37,192 nt of DNA from NCBI RefSeq assembly GCF_001194135.2, contig NC_068981.1:138880920-138918111 (forward strand), written 5' to 3'. This document shows, piece by piece, positions 12,005 through 22,162 of the stretch; position 1 is the stretch's first letter, and each line of letters opens with the position of its first letter. The notes beneath the pieces are model-generated. The model ran no database searches. It was not told where the DNA came from and worked only from the letters and a program-made list of their open reading frames with translations. The translations under genes and the position numbers were made by a program. The DNA is from Octopus bimaculoides (Eukaryota).

Positions 12005-12052
12005 GTCTCCGATGAAGGGATATATAAAATATCCCAGAAACAGCTGTAAGAC
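12005..12052 (+). ncRNA. Minimal type I hammerhead ribozyme motif (PLE-type), CCGAUGA core variant
   Basis: Stem I GTCT/AGAC; core CCGATGA 12009-12015; 7-bp stem II GGGATAT/ATATCCC; GAAA 12037-12040; palindromic stem III C-AGCT-G; GUA cleavage triplet 12046-12048. Confidence 0.8.
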
Positions 12053-12267
12053 TTTCTATTTATAAATCTTCTAAAATCTTTCACAGCCTAGGATTTTTAT
12101 CTTATTCTGAAATTTTTTTTATATATACATATGCTGATACATGACCTACGGTGGACTCCTCATTCGCATAATCACCGAACCTGGAGCTTAACTATAGTCT
12201 GCCCATAGCACTTACACAGCATTACCTACACCTTTGGATCTTATTGACATCATTGCCTCTCATAAGA

Positions 12268-12306
<39 letters not shown>

Positions 12307-12312
12307 GCATAA

Positions 12313-12343
<31 letters not shown>

Positions 12344-12361
12344 CGTACATACATACATACA

Positions 12362-12394
<33 letters not shown>

Positions 12395-12574
12395 GTATGT
12401 AATTCATATGCGTGTTATAACTACCCCTTTTTCTATATCTAAATTCTAGTCGGTCGAATGTTTCACAGTGGGTCAGCAGGTACCATCAATTGATTATCAC
12501 TGTTCTCACTTTCTCCTTCTTTTCCTTCTTTTTTTTTTCTTCTTTTCCTTTTTACTTTCATTTTATATACTTTT

Positions 12575-12696
12575 CCGCTCTGATGAAGTTCCGTGATTCA
12601 ATTTGGTATAACTAATTACTTACAATGATAACTATCATTATTATTGTGGTGGTTAAAAACTGAGAATCAGGCTAACGGAAACGGTTGTAAGTTGAG
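12575..12696 (+). ncRNA. Degenerate type I hammerhead-like motif with a long stem II insertion
   Basis: CTGATGA 12580-12586; imperfect stem II (GTT/AAC, CC/GG, TGATTC/GAATCA) around an AT-rich loop of about 64 nt; GAAAC-GGTT-GTA 12678-12689; weak stem I. Confidence 0.5.
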
Positions 12697-12819
12697 ATTC
12701 TGTCTTTTCGTAATTAATTAATAAATGATAATTGATGTAAATCAATTGTTATTCATCAATTGTATCTCTATTTTCTGCTTTCTTTATATATATATATACA
12801 TACATACATATACATATAA

Positions 12820-12851
<32 letters not shown>

Positions 12852-13195
12852 NNNNNNNNNNNNNNNNNNNNNNNNNNNNNNNNNNNNNNNNNNNNNNNNN
12901 NNNNNNNNNNNNNNNNNNNNNNNNNNNNNNNNNNNNNNNNNNNNNNNNNNNNNNNNNNNNNNNNNNNNNNNNNNNNNNNNNNNNNNNNNNNNNNNNNNNN
13001 NNNNNNNNNNNNNNNNNNNNNNNNNNNNNNNNNNNNNNNNNNNNNNNNNNNNNNNNNNNNNNNNNNNNNNNNNNNNNNNNNNNNNNNNNNNNNNNNNNNN
13101 NNNNNNNNNNNNNNNNNNNNNNNNNNNNNNNNNNNNNNNNNNNNNNNNNNNNNNNNNNNNNNNNNNNNNNNNNNNNNNNNNNNNNNNNNNNNNNN

Positions 13196-14340
13196 AGCAT
13201 TAACTTGCTATAAAAGCTGATAGTACTTTTGCCTTCTAATTCTTAGTGCAAGTTCTAAAGAGTGCAGTTCGATTTTAACAGTTATTTTTTCGAAGTTATA
13301 ATGGAAGTGACTTTATGAGTTCAATAAAGGTAACAACGCAACGGAAAGTATATGGGGATCGGACAATAAGCGTAAGCCAGTGTCAACGGTGGTTCCAGAA
13401 ATTCCGAGCCGGAAACTACAGCCTAGAAGATAAGACTAGTCCTGGAATATCCGTAGATCTTGACGAGGACGTCCTGGTAACCCTGATGGAACAAAATCCC
13501 ATCGTAACTATTGAGGAACTAGCAGAGAAGCTTAGATTTGGACATTCAACCATTCATCGACACTTGCGTACCATCGGAAAAGTCAGCAAATTGGGTCAAT
13601 GGGTTCCTCACAAACTTTCCGAGTCTAATCGCCCGCAGAAAGAATGTGTGCTCTTCTTTGCTGTCATGTCTCACGAATGAACCTTTTTGGACTGAATAGT
13701 GACTGGTGACGAAAAATGGGTTCTCTATAAGAATGTCAAGTGCCGAAGACAGTGGATAGGGAAAGGAGAAGCACCGGCACACCAGGCTCAAGAAGGTCTT
13801 CACCCACCTAAGGTGTTGTTATCTGTTAGGTGGGATATGAAAGGTTTAGTCCACTTTGAATTTTAAACCCAAACCAAACGATAACAAAGGAGATCTTCTG
13901 CGAGCAGTTTGAGCGACTTAACACTAGAAGAAAAACGACCATCTTTGGTTTCAAGACGAAAGATGTTCTTCCATCAGGATAATGGTCGGACACATACAGC
14001 GAGGGTGACATTCCAAAGGCTGGAGTAGTTTGAATGGGAAACGATGCCCCACCCACCATATTCGCTGGACATTGCCCTATCTGATTATCATTTATTCCGC
14101 AGTCTTCGAAATCATTTGGACGGAAAAATATGAATTTTGTGACAAGGTCAGAACAATACTGGAGTAGTATTTTTCGTCACGGACAAGTGAATTTTGGAAG
14201 AGGGGTCTTGCAAGTCTACCAGATAGATGGAAGAGCATTATAGAAAATTAAGGAGTGTATATTTTAGATTTAAAAAGAACTTTATCTTAATTTTGAAAAA
14301 TAAAAGTATTAAAAAATGCAATATATATGGGATGACCTAA
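13196..14340 (+). mobile_element. Mariner (DD34D) DNA transposon, second family; 5' TIR lies in the gap
   Basis: 3' TIR ...ATGGGATGACCTAA followed by TA (14341-14342); transposase remnant inside. Confidence 0.92.
13301..14273 (+). pseudogene. Mariner transposase pseudogene
   Basis: CQRWFQKFRAGNYSLED, WVPHKL, TGDEKW, HQDNGRTH, PHPPYSLDIALSDYHLF. 34 residues between the 2nd and 3rd Asp. Deletions and stops present. Confidence 0.93.
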
Positions 14341-14420
14341 TAAATGTGTGTGTGTATGTGTGTATGTGTGTGTGTGTGTGTGTGCGTGTGTGTGTGTGTG
14401 CATGTGTGTATTTATATATA

Positions 14421-14925
14421 GAGGGTTTCCCAGAATTAACTATTTCAATAAAATCGGACAAATTTTTAAAAATAGTGACAGAATTTTATGTTTATTATTT
14501 AATTATGATACCAAAACAAATAAATTTATAAATCTTATGTCAAAACTTTATTGAAAATTTGCAACATGTGCTCCGTCTGCCTCCCTGCAAATTTCAAATT
14601 TATCCTTAACGTTGCAAAACACATTTTGAAGCATTTCATAAGTTATCACAAACATTGCTAACCGAATTTAACTAATGATTCACCCTGGGGATAGAGGTAG
14701 AGAAAATGATTGCAGCAAAATTGAAAAAGTGTTGTCGTGGACAGATAAGCGGGATCCAACAGGAATGAAAATAAAATTATTTTAAAAATTATAAAATTAC
14801 AAGCAAAATTTTAAAAATTTATTCACTTTTAACACATACTAAATATGATAAACATAAATAAAAGTGACTTTTTAACAAAATTGTCCGATTACACTGAAAT
14901 AGATAGTTAATTCTGGGACACCCTG
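14421..14925 (-). mobile_element. Internally deleted Tc1/mariner-superfamily element, 505 bp
   Basis: TIRs (C/G)AGGGT(G/T)TCCCAGAATTAACTAT, TA on both sides. The minus strand retains a transposase-like C-terminus (ENVFCNVKDKFEICREADGAHVANFQ*). Confidence 0.8.
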
Positions 14926-14966
<41 letters not shown>

Positions 14967-15022
14967 CGTATGTGTATTTCGTGTGCAAGATTCTTGATGT
15001 TGATACGTGTGTTGAAAGAAAT

Positions 15023-15657
15023 ACAATGAAACCTTGGGAGAGGCATTATGCCGGTAATAAACACACGCACTGGTTCAGCCCTTTATTAATTTATAAACAG
15101 TATATAGTTTTTTGTTAAATCATTTCATTGCACTCTTGCAATCTCTTCAGTAACTTGTCTCTCCACTTCCATTTATTTTGAGTGTATGATTTGGCGTTGT
15201 TTTGAAACTGTTCTGTATGAGCATGTGAGTGTGTGCAAGCTCGTATGTGTGCACGCTCATATGTGTGCACGCACTTATGTGTTCCTGCTTATATGTAAGT
15301 ATGTGCGTCCTTATGTGTGTTTGTAACAATTTCCTTTATATCAGATAAGATAGAGACTTTGGACTTGGTTTTGGTTTCCTTTCTGTTATTTTTTTGTTTT
15401 CTTCGTAAATGCATCTTTTTTATTTACGTTCACGTTCTGTATTTTATGTGTGAACAACATATGCAACCATGGGTAATTAATTGTAAGGCTTTTATCTACG
15501 TGTATTTGCTGTTCAAAATTGGTCGTGTTTCAGTTATGAGATAGCAAGAGTGCAATGAAATGATTTAACAAAACACTATATACTGTGTATAAATTAATAA
15601 AGGACTGAACCAGTGCGTGTGTTTATTACCGGCATAATGCCTCTCCCAAGGTTTAAT

Positions 15658-15660
<3 letters not shown>
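15023..15660. repeat. 123-bp inverted repeat (15023-15145 / 15538-15660)
   Basis: 5 mismatches between arms; 392-bp spacer. Confidence 0.95.
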
Positions 15661-15661
<1 letters not shown>

Positions 15662-15754
<93 letters not shown>

Positions 15755-15853
15755 GTATGCATGTATGTATGTATGTATGTATGTATGTATGTATGTATGT
15801 ATGTATGTATGTATGTATGTATGCATGTATGTATATATGTGTGTGTGTGTGTA
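15662..15853. repeat. (TA)n + (TATG)n + (TG)n microsatellite
   Basis: Directly visible. Confidence 0.95.
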
Positions 15854-16420
15854 TGTTCTCACTTGCCTATGACGTATTTTCAGGTGTTTTTAACACCAGA
15901 CGCATTGAGAATATATTCTCTTACGCCTAAAATGCAGCCGACCCTCGTACTGATAACGCACTCACCTTGTGTATGTGTGTTCGAATATAAAAGACAGATA
16001 TATACACACTCACATACATACATACATATAACAAGTAGTAAAAGGGATTAATAAATCTAATAAATCCAGGAAGATATCTATAAAGCACTAAGTGTTAAAC
16101 GAATTTGGTTAACTATATCCAATAATCAGCTTCCAATTAATGTAAGTAGAATAGACATGCAAGGTAATTCTTCATGCATGACAAATAAATCCAAATATTG
16201 CTTAGAAGAATTTTAAGAAATTTGGAGTATAAGATAAGAATAAGAATGGAGAAAATCACATCTTTAGTTGGCGATTACACGATACATTACCGACAATCGT
16301 CTCTATTGTGCCAGCATATTTAGGTACAGAAAAAGATATAAAATACCAGCCAAATTAATATATCCGAAAAATATATGCTAACACAATGTCATCAAGGCAA
16401 TAAATGTTGGCTAAGTTCAC

Positions 16421-16633
16421 GGTGACGTATTGGCTGTTACGTTAGCACGCCGGGCGAAATGCTTAGCGGTATTTCGTCTGTCTTTACGTTCTGAGTTCAA
16501 ATACCGCTGAGGTCGACTTTGTCTTTTATCCTTCCGGGGTCGATAAATTAAGTACCAGTTGCGTACTGGGTCGATCTAATCGACTGGCCCCCTCCCCAAA
16601 TATTTCGGGCCTTGTGCCTAGAGTAGAAAAATA
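16421..16633 (+). mobile_element. tRNA-derived SINE family B
   Basis: GTTAGCACGCCGGGCGAAATGCTTAGCGGTATTTCG...GAGTTCAAATACC head, followed by the TCCTTCCGGGGTCGATAAATTAAGTACCAG core. Confidence 0.88.
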
Positions 16634-16899
16634 TTGGTGAACTAATGAAATATCCCTAATAGTCAAATGCATACAAAAAGAACGTTAAGAAGAAATATAG
16701 TACTCTATGAAAAGCCAGTCTAGTATGTACATACACACACACATATATAGTTAATTGTTAGCAACAAGTATGATAGAAATTCCCCGATTAAAAACTTATT
16801 TCGTTATTGTTCAATCAAAATGAAACCTGCGATTTATATTTTAATAGTTAAAAATGAATCGAAATGAGTGATTTAATCTTTTTGTTGTTTTAGTAATAG

Positions 16900-17560
16900 A
16901 TTTCCTAAACCTCGCGGAGAAAAAAATATAAACGATCTACTTTAGTATACCATGTACCAAATTGTATAGTTAATTTTAATACAAAGCAAATATATTTTCA
17001 TAAGTTTCAGTAAGGTGGTGGATCGGCGATCTCGTTGACCATTCCCTAAAATAACAATAATTAAGGAATCACAAAATACTAATAGCCGAATACAACCACC
17101 GAATCTTAAAAGACTCATAACAAAGGCGAAATTTACATCAGAAGAGGAAATAATGCAGGTAACAAACGGTGGAGATCGTTCTTGTTATACGTGTAAAATG
17201 ATTGAAAAGAGAAAAACTAAATGATTCAAGAATGGGATAGAATTGAAGGTTAATTCGAATATGAATTACAAAACAAAATATCTAATTTACTGCCTCAACA
17301 TTCCCTCACAGCAATGTAAATTATATTGGCCAAACAGAATCAAAATTAATTGCGTTTGAGAAGGTGAATAACAAATCAAATACTCAAATCTTACAACAAT
17401 GTAATGTACATTAATACATTTGTGTAAAAGGAAAATTTTGAATATTTCGTTTCTCCAAATAAAAGAAGATTATTATTAACTACGTAGAGTAAAAAAAAAG
17501 GAATACTTTTTAAGAATTCTAAATCTGGAAAAAAATTGGAAATAGTCAAAAACCACTCCT
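16900..17560 (+). mobile_element. Penelope-like element remnant: linker plus GIY-YIG endonuclease (Cys-containing linker, Neptune-like)
   Basis: RIQPPNLKRLITKAKF...GDRSCYTCKMI...FKNG...VNSNMNYKTKYLIYCL...(frameshift)NYIGQTESKL...CVKGKF*IFRF; decayed. The 5' boundary is approximate. Confidence 0.8.
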
Positions 17561-17650
17561 AAAAACAATTTACACTCAAAGTATTAACCCCATAACATGT
17601 ATTTGAAAAACTAAACAACGAATGGTCCTACACACACTACAGAAACACGC

Positions 17651-17775
17651 TTGTTGGAAATGGGAGAGAAATGACGATGCAATCAAAACTAATATAAATT
17701 TCAATGAAACAGATCCATGTTTTTTAATTTGTATTAGTTTTGATTGCATCGTCATTTCTCTCCCATTTCTAACAA
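17651..17775 (+). repeat. 50-bp perfect RNA hairpin (arms 17651-17700 / 17726-17775)
   Basis: Only two non-Watson-Crick positions, both G:U on the plus strand. Confidence 0.95.
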
Positions 17776-17777
17776 AA

Positions 17778-17815
17778 CTGTCCGATGAATGGGAACGTGA
17801 AACTCTGAGTAACAG
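17778..17815 (+). ncRNA. Minimal type I hammerhead ribozyme motif (PLE-type), CCGAUGA core variant
   Basis: Stem I CTGT/ACAG; core CCGATGA 17782-17788; stem II ATG-GGAA-CGT; GAAA 17799-17802; near-palindromic stem III ACTC-T-GAGT; GUA triplet 17809-17811; lies about 220 bp 3' of the PLE GIY-YIG remnant. Confidence 0.8.
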
Positions 17816-18029
17816 CTTTTTGTTATATTTCTGCTGCTTTTAAATAAAGTATATATATATATATATATATACACACACAGATATAAATATATGTGTGTAC
17901 AGAGAGAAAGAGAGAGAGGGAGCATTCTGTATAGTTTAACGTGTAGCAAGTCAGACAACTGCAGTATTCGCCGCCAGAGACCATTTCGTATAGACGTATA
18001 GTGCTAAAGAAAAACACAGATATATATCA

Positions 18030-18400
18030 GTAGCAGACGAAAAACGTCTAGCATAGGTGGGGAAATTGCTAAATTCAGATTTCTGCTTCTTTGAGCCTTA
18101 GCAGCAGCAAGTATATTTTGTGATCGATCTCTGAAGCACTTGAATGTCTATAATTTGTTTTGTGTAACGAAAGCATAGCAGACAACAGTCTTCAAGTTAA
18201 GGACTGGCGAAGGCAGCAAAAAGAAAGATACTGGTAAGAGAATCCTTAGACCGGAAAATCCAAAGAAATTCAGGGGCACGTCCTGCGGGCCATGCCAATT
18301 TTGTTGTTTATGTGGGCACTCCAGCTCAAGTTGTTATCGATGGTTACTCAAAGGTCTGAAGCACTGTTTGATGCCACAAGGTTTTCGCCTGAGGAAGAGA
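18030..18400 (-). mobile_element. CR1/L2-group LINE, decayed RT C-terminal fragment
   Basis: Minus strand SDL*VTIDNNLSWSAHINNKIGMARRT...P*LEDC...IIDIQVLQRSITK. Confidence 0.8.
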
Positions 18401-18740
18401 NNNNNNNNNNNNNNNNNNNNNNNNNNNNNNNNNNNNNNNNNNNNNNNNNNNNNNNNNNNNNNNNNNNNNNNNNNNNNNNNNNNNNNNNNNNNNNNNNNNN
18501 NNNNNNNNNNNNNNNATATACTAGAAGTATAACCCGACGTTGTCCGGGTGTGACTTATTACGCCATCTACAATAAGTCTTGCTAGGTGAAAATCAACTAA
18601 AAAAGAAAGCCTTCCAACGAAAAAACCCTTATGATGTAAATATGTTCATAATTCAAAAGAAGATCTAATTTATTGGGAAAGTCTGAATGCTGTTTTGCGT
18701 AACATTATTAAGCGTATGTAAATTTCATCCGTCTAATTGG

Positions 18741-19031
18741 CTATAGAAATGATTGTGCAAAACAACTTTTTGCGCTGCCTTGATTATACATAGCAGAGTA
18801 ATTCCTTTTCGTAGGGGGTAGGACAGCAATTTCTGATGAAGCAATTGCTGGTGATCTGTTGCTACACAGTTCTGCCAGAATTGTATCAGATTGGACAGTA
18901 GATGCTGATGCACCATTTTGCATTATGTTCAAAATAGCTTCTGGAATGTGTTGAATTGATGCAGTCTGTTGCTGTCTTTTTAAACCGGTTGTTTTCTTTC
19001 CCCAGCAAGTTGTCTCGTTTGGAGGCATAAT
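18741..19031 (-). CDS. Candidate coding exon of unknown function (96 codons open to a stop)
   Basis: Non-repetitive ORF (IMPPNETTCWGKK...FAQSFL*) immediately preceded by a pyrimidine-rich tract and AG (TTGTTGTTCTCCTTAATATGTACATAG). No recognisable domain. Confidence 0.3.
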   Translation of the reverse strand: MMPPNETTCWGKKTTGLKRQQQTASIQHIPEAILNIMQNGASASTVQSDTILAELCSNRSPAIASSEIAVLPPTKRNYSAMYNQGSAKSCFAQSFL

Positions 19032-19098
19032 CTATGTACATATTAAGGAGAACAACAAAAGTTATAACAGTTGGCAGGGTCGGTAGTTTTCACATTTT

Positions 19099-19299
19099 GG
19101 TAATTTTTCAGATTAACACCCGCACAATTACGTAACCGTAATCCTTAGACCCTAACCCTGACCCTAAACCGTAACCATAACACTAACTCTCATCGTAACT
19201 CTAACCCTAACCGTAACCCTAAAACCCTAACCCTGACCCAAAAACCGTAACCCTAACACCCTAGTGAAAATCGTGCGGGTGTTAATCTGAAAAATTACC
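19099..19299. mobile_element. MITE with 31-bp TIRs and an internal degenerate (CCCTAA)n array; Merlin-like termini
   Basis: TIR GGTAATTTTTCAGATTAACACCCGCAC(A/G)ATT with 1 mismatch; 8-bp TSD CACATTTT / CACATTTG. Confidence 0.85.
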
Positions 19300-20169
19300 C
19301 ACATTTGTAATGAAGTTCACTGGTTTGCAATGTGTTGTCCATAAGCTCCGTAGTTTGTATATTTACAAAACATTGACGAACATGAGTTATCTTGAAGTGA
19401 ATGCTTGTGTGTACGTGCACGTGTATGCGTTTGAGAGAGCAAGAGAGAAGAGGGAGAGAGAAAAAGAGAGAGGGGGAGAAAGGGATAGAGAACGGGAGCA
19501 ATGAAGAAAGAAAAAGAGAGGAAGGGAGAACGGAAGACAGTTATAAAATAGCAATGCGTGCGCATGTTTATATAAGAAACACACAGAAACTAAATCTTAT
19601 ATCGATAATGTTGATGTGTGTATGTGCTTATGTGTATGTTGCTGTCACAGATCACGTATGTGTGGTTGTGTGTTTTTACATTTCTATGTTATGAAAAATA
19701 TGTTAGAGGTAGAGGGATAGAAGAAAGCTATTAAATGGAAGAGAGGAAGAAGAACGAAGTAAGAGTGAAAAGGTAGAAAGAAAGAATAGTCTTAAAGCAA
19801 GTTAATCTATGACTTTGTATGTATCACTTTCTCTCTCTCTCTCTTTTACTCTTACTCTGTATATGATATGTTGAGCGCGTGATCAATGTGTAAGAACGCC
19901 GATACAGGTAGAAGGGAAGAAATATAAAAGTTGCTAGAAACAACAGCCAAATCTCCCTTAAATCACACAAAGTAAACGGAATTTTAAAAATGTAATTACT
20001 GCACTGGAAAGTTCACATCGAGAAAATTCCATTGATGTAAAAATTTGTACGAAAAAGTGGAAAATGTGGATTTCTATAAACTTTTAAAAAGGCTTCACAC
20101 AGATACAGAACTTCAAAAACATCTATATTTACACTTTAAAGTTGGTTTTCACACTCAACCCTGTTCTGC

Positions 20170-20373
20170 AGAATCAGTGTAGCGACGGGAGGTTTGTACC
20201 CATCTCTACGTTCTGAGTTCAAATTCCGCCGAAGTCGACTTTGCCTTTCATCCTTCCGGGGTCTAAAAAATAAGTACCAGTTGGACACAGGGGTCGATAT
20301 AATCGACTATTCTCCACCTGCCCGAAGCCGCTTTGGGGGAAAATTTGAAAATAATAATAATAATAATAATAAT
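20170..20373 (+). mobile_element. tRNA-derived SINE family B with (AAT)n tail
   Basis: GAGTTCAAATTCCGCCGAAGTCGACTTTGCCTTTCATCCTTCCGGGGTC core. Confidence 0.85.
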
Positions 20374-20508
20374 GACGTCTGTCGATCAAACTCCCAACCC
20401 ACAACTAAGTCTTAAGTGTATAAATATATGGGCAGCATACACACATACACACACACACACACACTAAATAAAAAAATGTTAGTAAGTAAAAGTGTTTTAA
20501 AAAATATT

Positions 20509-20612
20509 GTTAAATTTTCAGATTAACACCCGCACGATTTTCACTAAAGTGTTAGAGTTGGGGTTTTAGGGTTAGGTAGGTAATCGTGCGGGTGTTAATC
20601 TCAAGATTTACG
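20509..20612. mobile_element. Second, inverted and shorter copy of the telomere-repeat MITE
   Basis: TTTTCAGATTAACACCCGCACGATT...AATCGTGCGGGTGTTAATCT, internal TTAGGG-like units, 8-bp TSD AAAATATT / AAAAGATT. Confidence 0.82.
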
Positions 20613-21910
20613 AAAAGATTTTCCAAAAAACTTACAGTTTGTAGGGAATAAATGTTTGTCGATCGTATTTGAAAAAGATGTGTGACTATTTTTTTTCTGT
20701 TGTTATCATGGTGAAGGACAAGTTAGAAATAACTTACAATTCTCGCCAATTAGAATGAGGTATGTATGTATATATGTATGTAGTATTAAAATGAAACCAT
20801 TAAAGTGAAAGTGTCATTACAGTATCGAAATGTGATTGTTTCAGTTTTGATACTGAAATAGTTTTCTTTTACTGTCAGTGTTTCTCCATCCTTTCTTTTT
20901 GTATTTGTTGTTGGATTGTTCGTAAAGGTTCATAAGAGAAAGTAGGAGTTGAAAGGATTTGTATTAGAAAGAGGAAATTAGATTTAATTAGGGAGAAAAT
21001 GTTTACTCGTGTAGTTTTATGGATTATATTCGTTATTAGGAATTTTTTGGAGTGAAAAANNNNNNNNNNNNNNNNNNNNNNNNNNNNNNNNNNNNNNNNN
21101 NNNNNNNNNNNNNNNNNNNNNNNNNNNNNNNNNNNNNNNNNNNNNNNNNNNNNNNNNNNNNNNNNNNNNNNNNNNNNNNNNNNNNNNNNNNNNNNNNNNN
21201 NNNNNNNNNNNNNNNNNNNNNNNNNNNNNNNNNNNNNNNNNNNNNNNNNNNNNNNNNNNNNNNNNNNNNNNNNNNNNNNNNNNNNNNNNNNNNNNNNNNN
21301 NNNNNNNNNNNNNNNNNNNNNNNNNNNNNNNNNNNNNNNNNNNNNNNNNNNNNNNNNNNNNNNNNNNNNNNNNNNNNNNNNNNNNNNNNNNNNNNNNNNN
21401 NNNNNNNNNNNNNNNNNNNNNNNNNNNNNNNNNNNNNNNNNNNNNNNNNNNNNNNNNNNNNNNNNNNNNNNNNNNNNNNNNNNNNNNNNNNNNNNNNNNN
21501 NNNNNNNNNNNNNNNNNNNNNNNNNNNNNNNNNNNNNNNNNNNNNNNNNNNNNNNNNNNNNNNNNNNNNNNNNNNNNNNNNNNNNNNNNNNNNNNNNNNN
21601 NNNNNNNNNNNNNNNNNNNNNNNNNNNNNNNNNNNNNNNNNNNNNNNNNNNNNNNNNNNNNNNNNNNNNNNNNNNNNNNNNNNNNNNNNNNNNNNNNNNN
21701 NNNNNNNNNNNNNCAATTATTAACTTTCCAATCTTCATTTCTTTCTCTTTTGTTATATGAATATAAACTATATCTTTTTTTATATATGCCTATTATTTTA
21801 AGGAAATTAACTTTCTCAAAATACTAGGTATTGAACCAGTATTTCCTTGGATGAGACCAATCTTTCACGAGGTTAACACAATCTCTAATTGAGTTTAAAT
21901 ATATATACAA

Positions 21911-22076
21911 AGGTGTAGGAGTGGTTGTGTGGTAAGAAGCTTGATTCTCAACCACATGGTTCCGGGTTCAGTCCCACTGCGTGGCACCTTGGACAACTGT
22001 CTTCTACGATAGCCTCGGGCCGACCAAAGCCTTATGATTTGGTAGACAGAAACAGAAGCAAGACCGTCGTGTGTAT
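21911..22076 (+). mobile_element. tRNA-derived SINE family A, 5' half
   Basis: GGAGTGGTTGTGTGGTAAGAAGCTTG...GGGTTCAGTCCCACTGCGTGGCACC head. Confidence 0.9.
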
Positions 22077-22127
22077 ACACACACACACACTCATACACAC
22101 ACACATACACACACACACACACACACA

Positions 22128-22162
<35 letters not shown>

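Noticed and set aside
15880-15990. Splice-like signals (TTTTCAG on plus; AAG|GTGAGT on minus)
   Set aside because: No matching partner site or convincing reading frame
16421-16520. tRNA genes in SINE heads
   Set aside because: A and B boxes are present but they continue into SINE cores and do not give complete cloverleaves
18833-18870. CTGATGA followed by palindrome AGCAATTGCT as a hammerhead
   Set aside because: No GAAA after the stem and no stem I/III
19130-19268. True telomere or chromosome-fusion scar
   Set aside because: The degenerate array is enclosed by TIRs and a TSD and recurs at 20509, so it is transposon-internal
20875-21059. LINE-like coding fragment on the minus strand
   Set aside because: Short, next to a gap, and no diagnostic motif recognised
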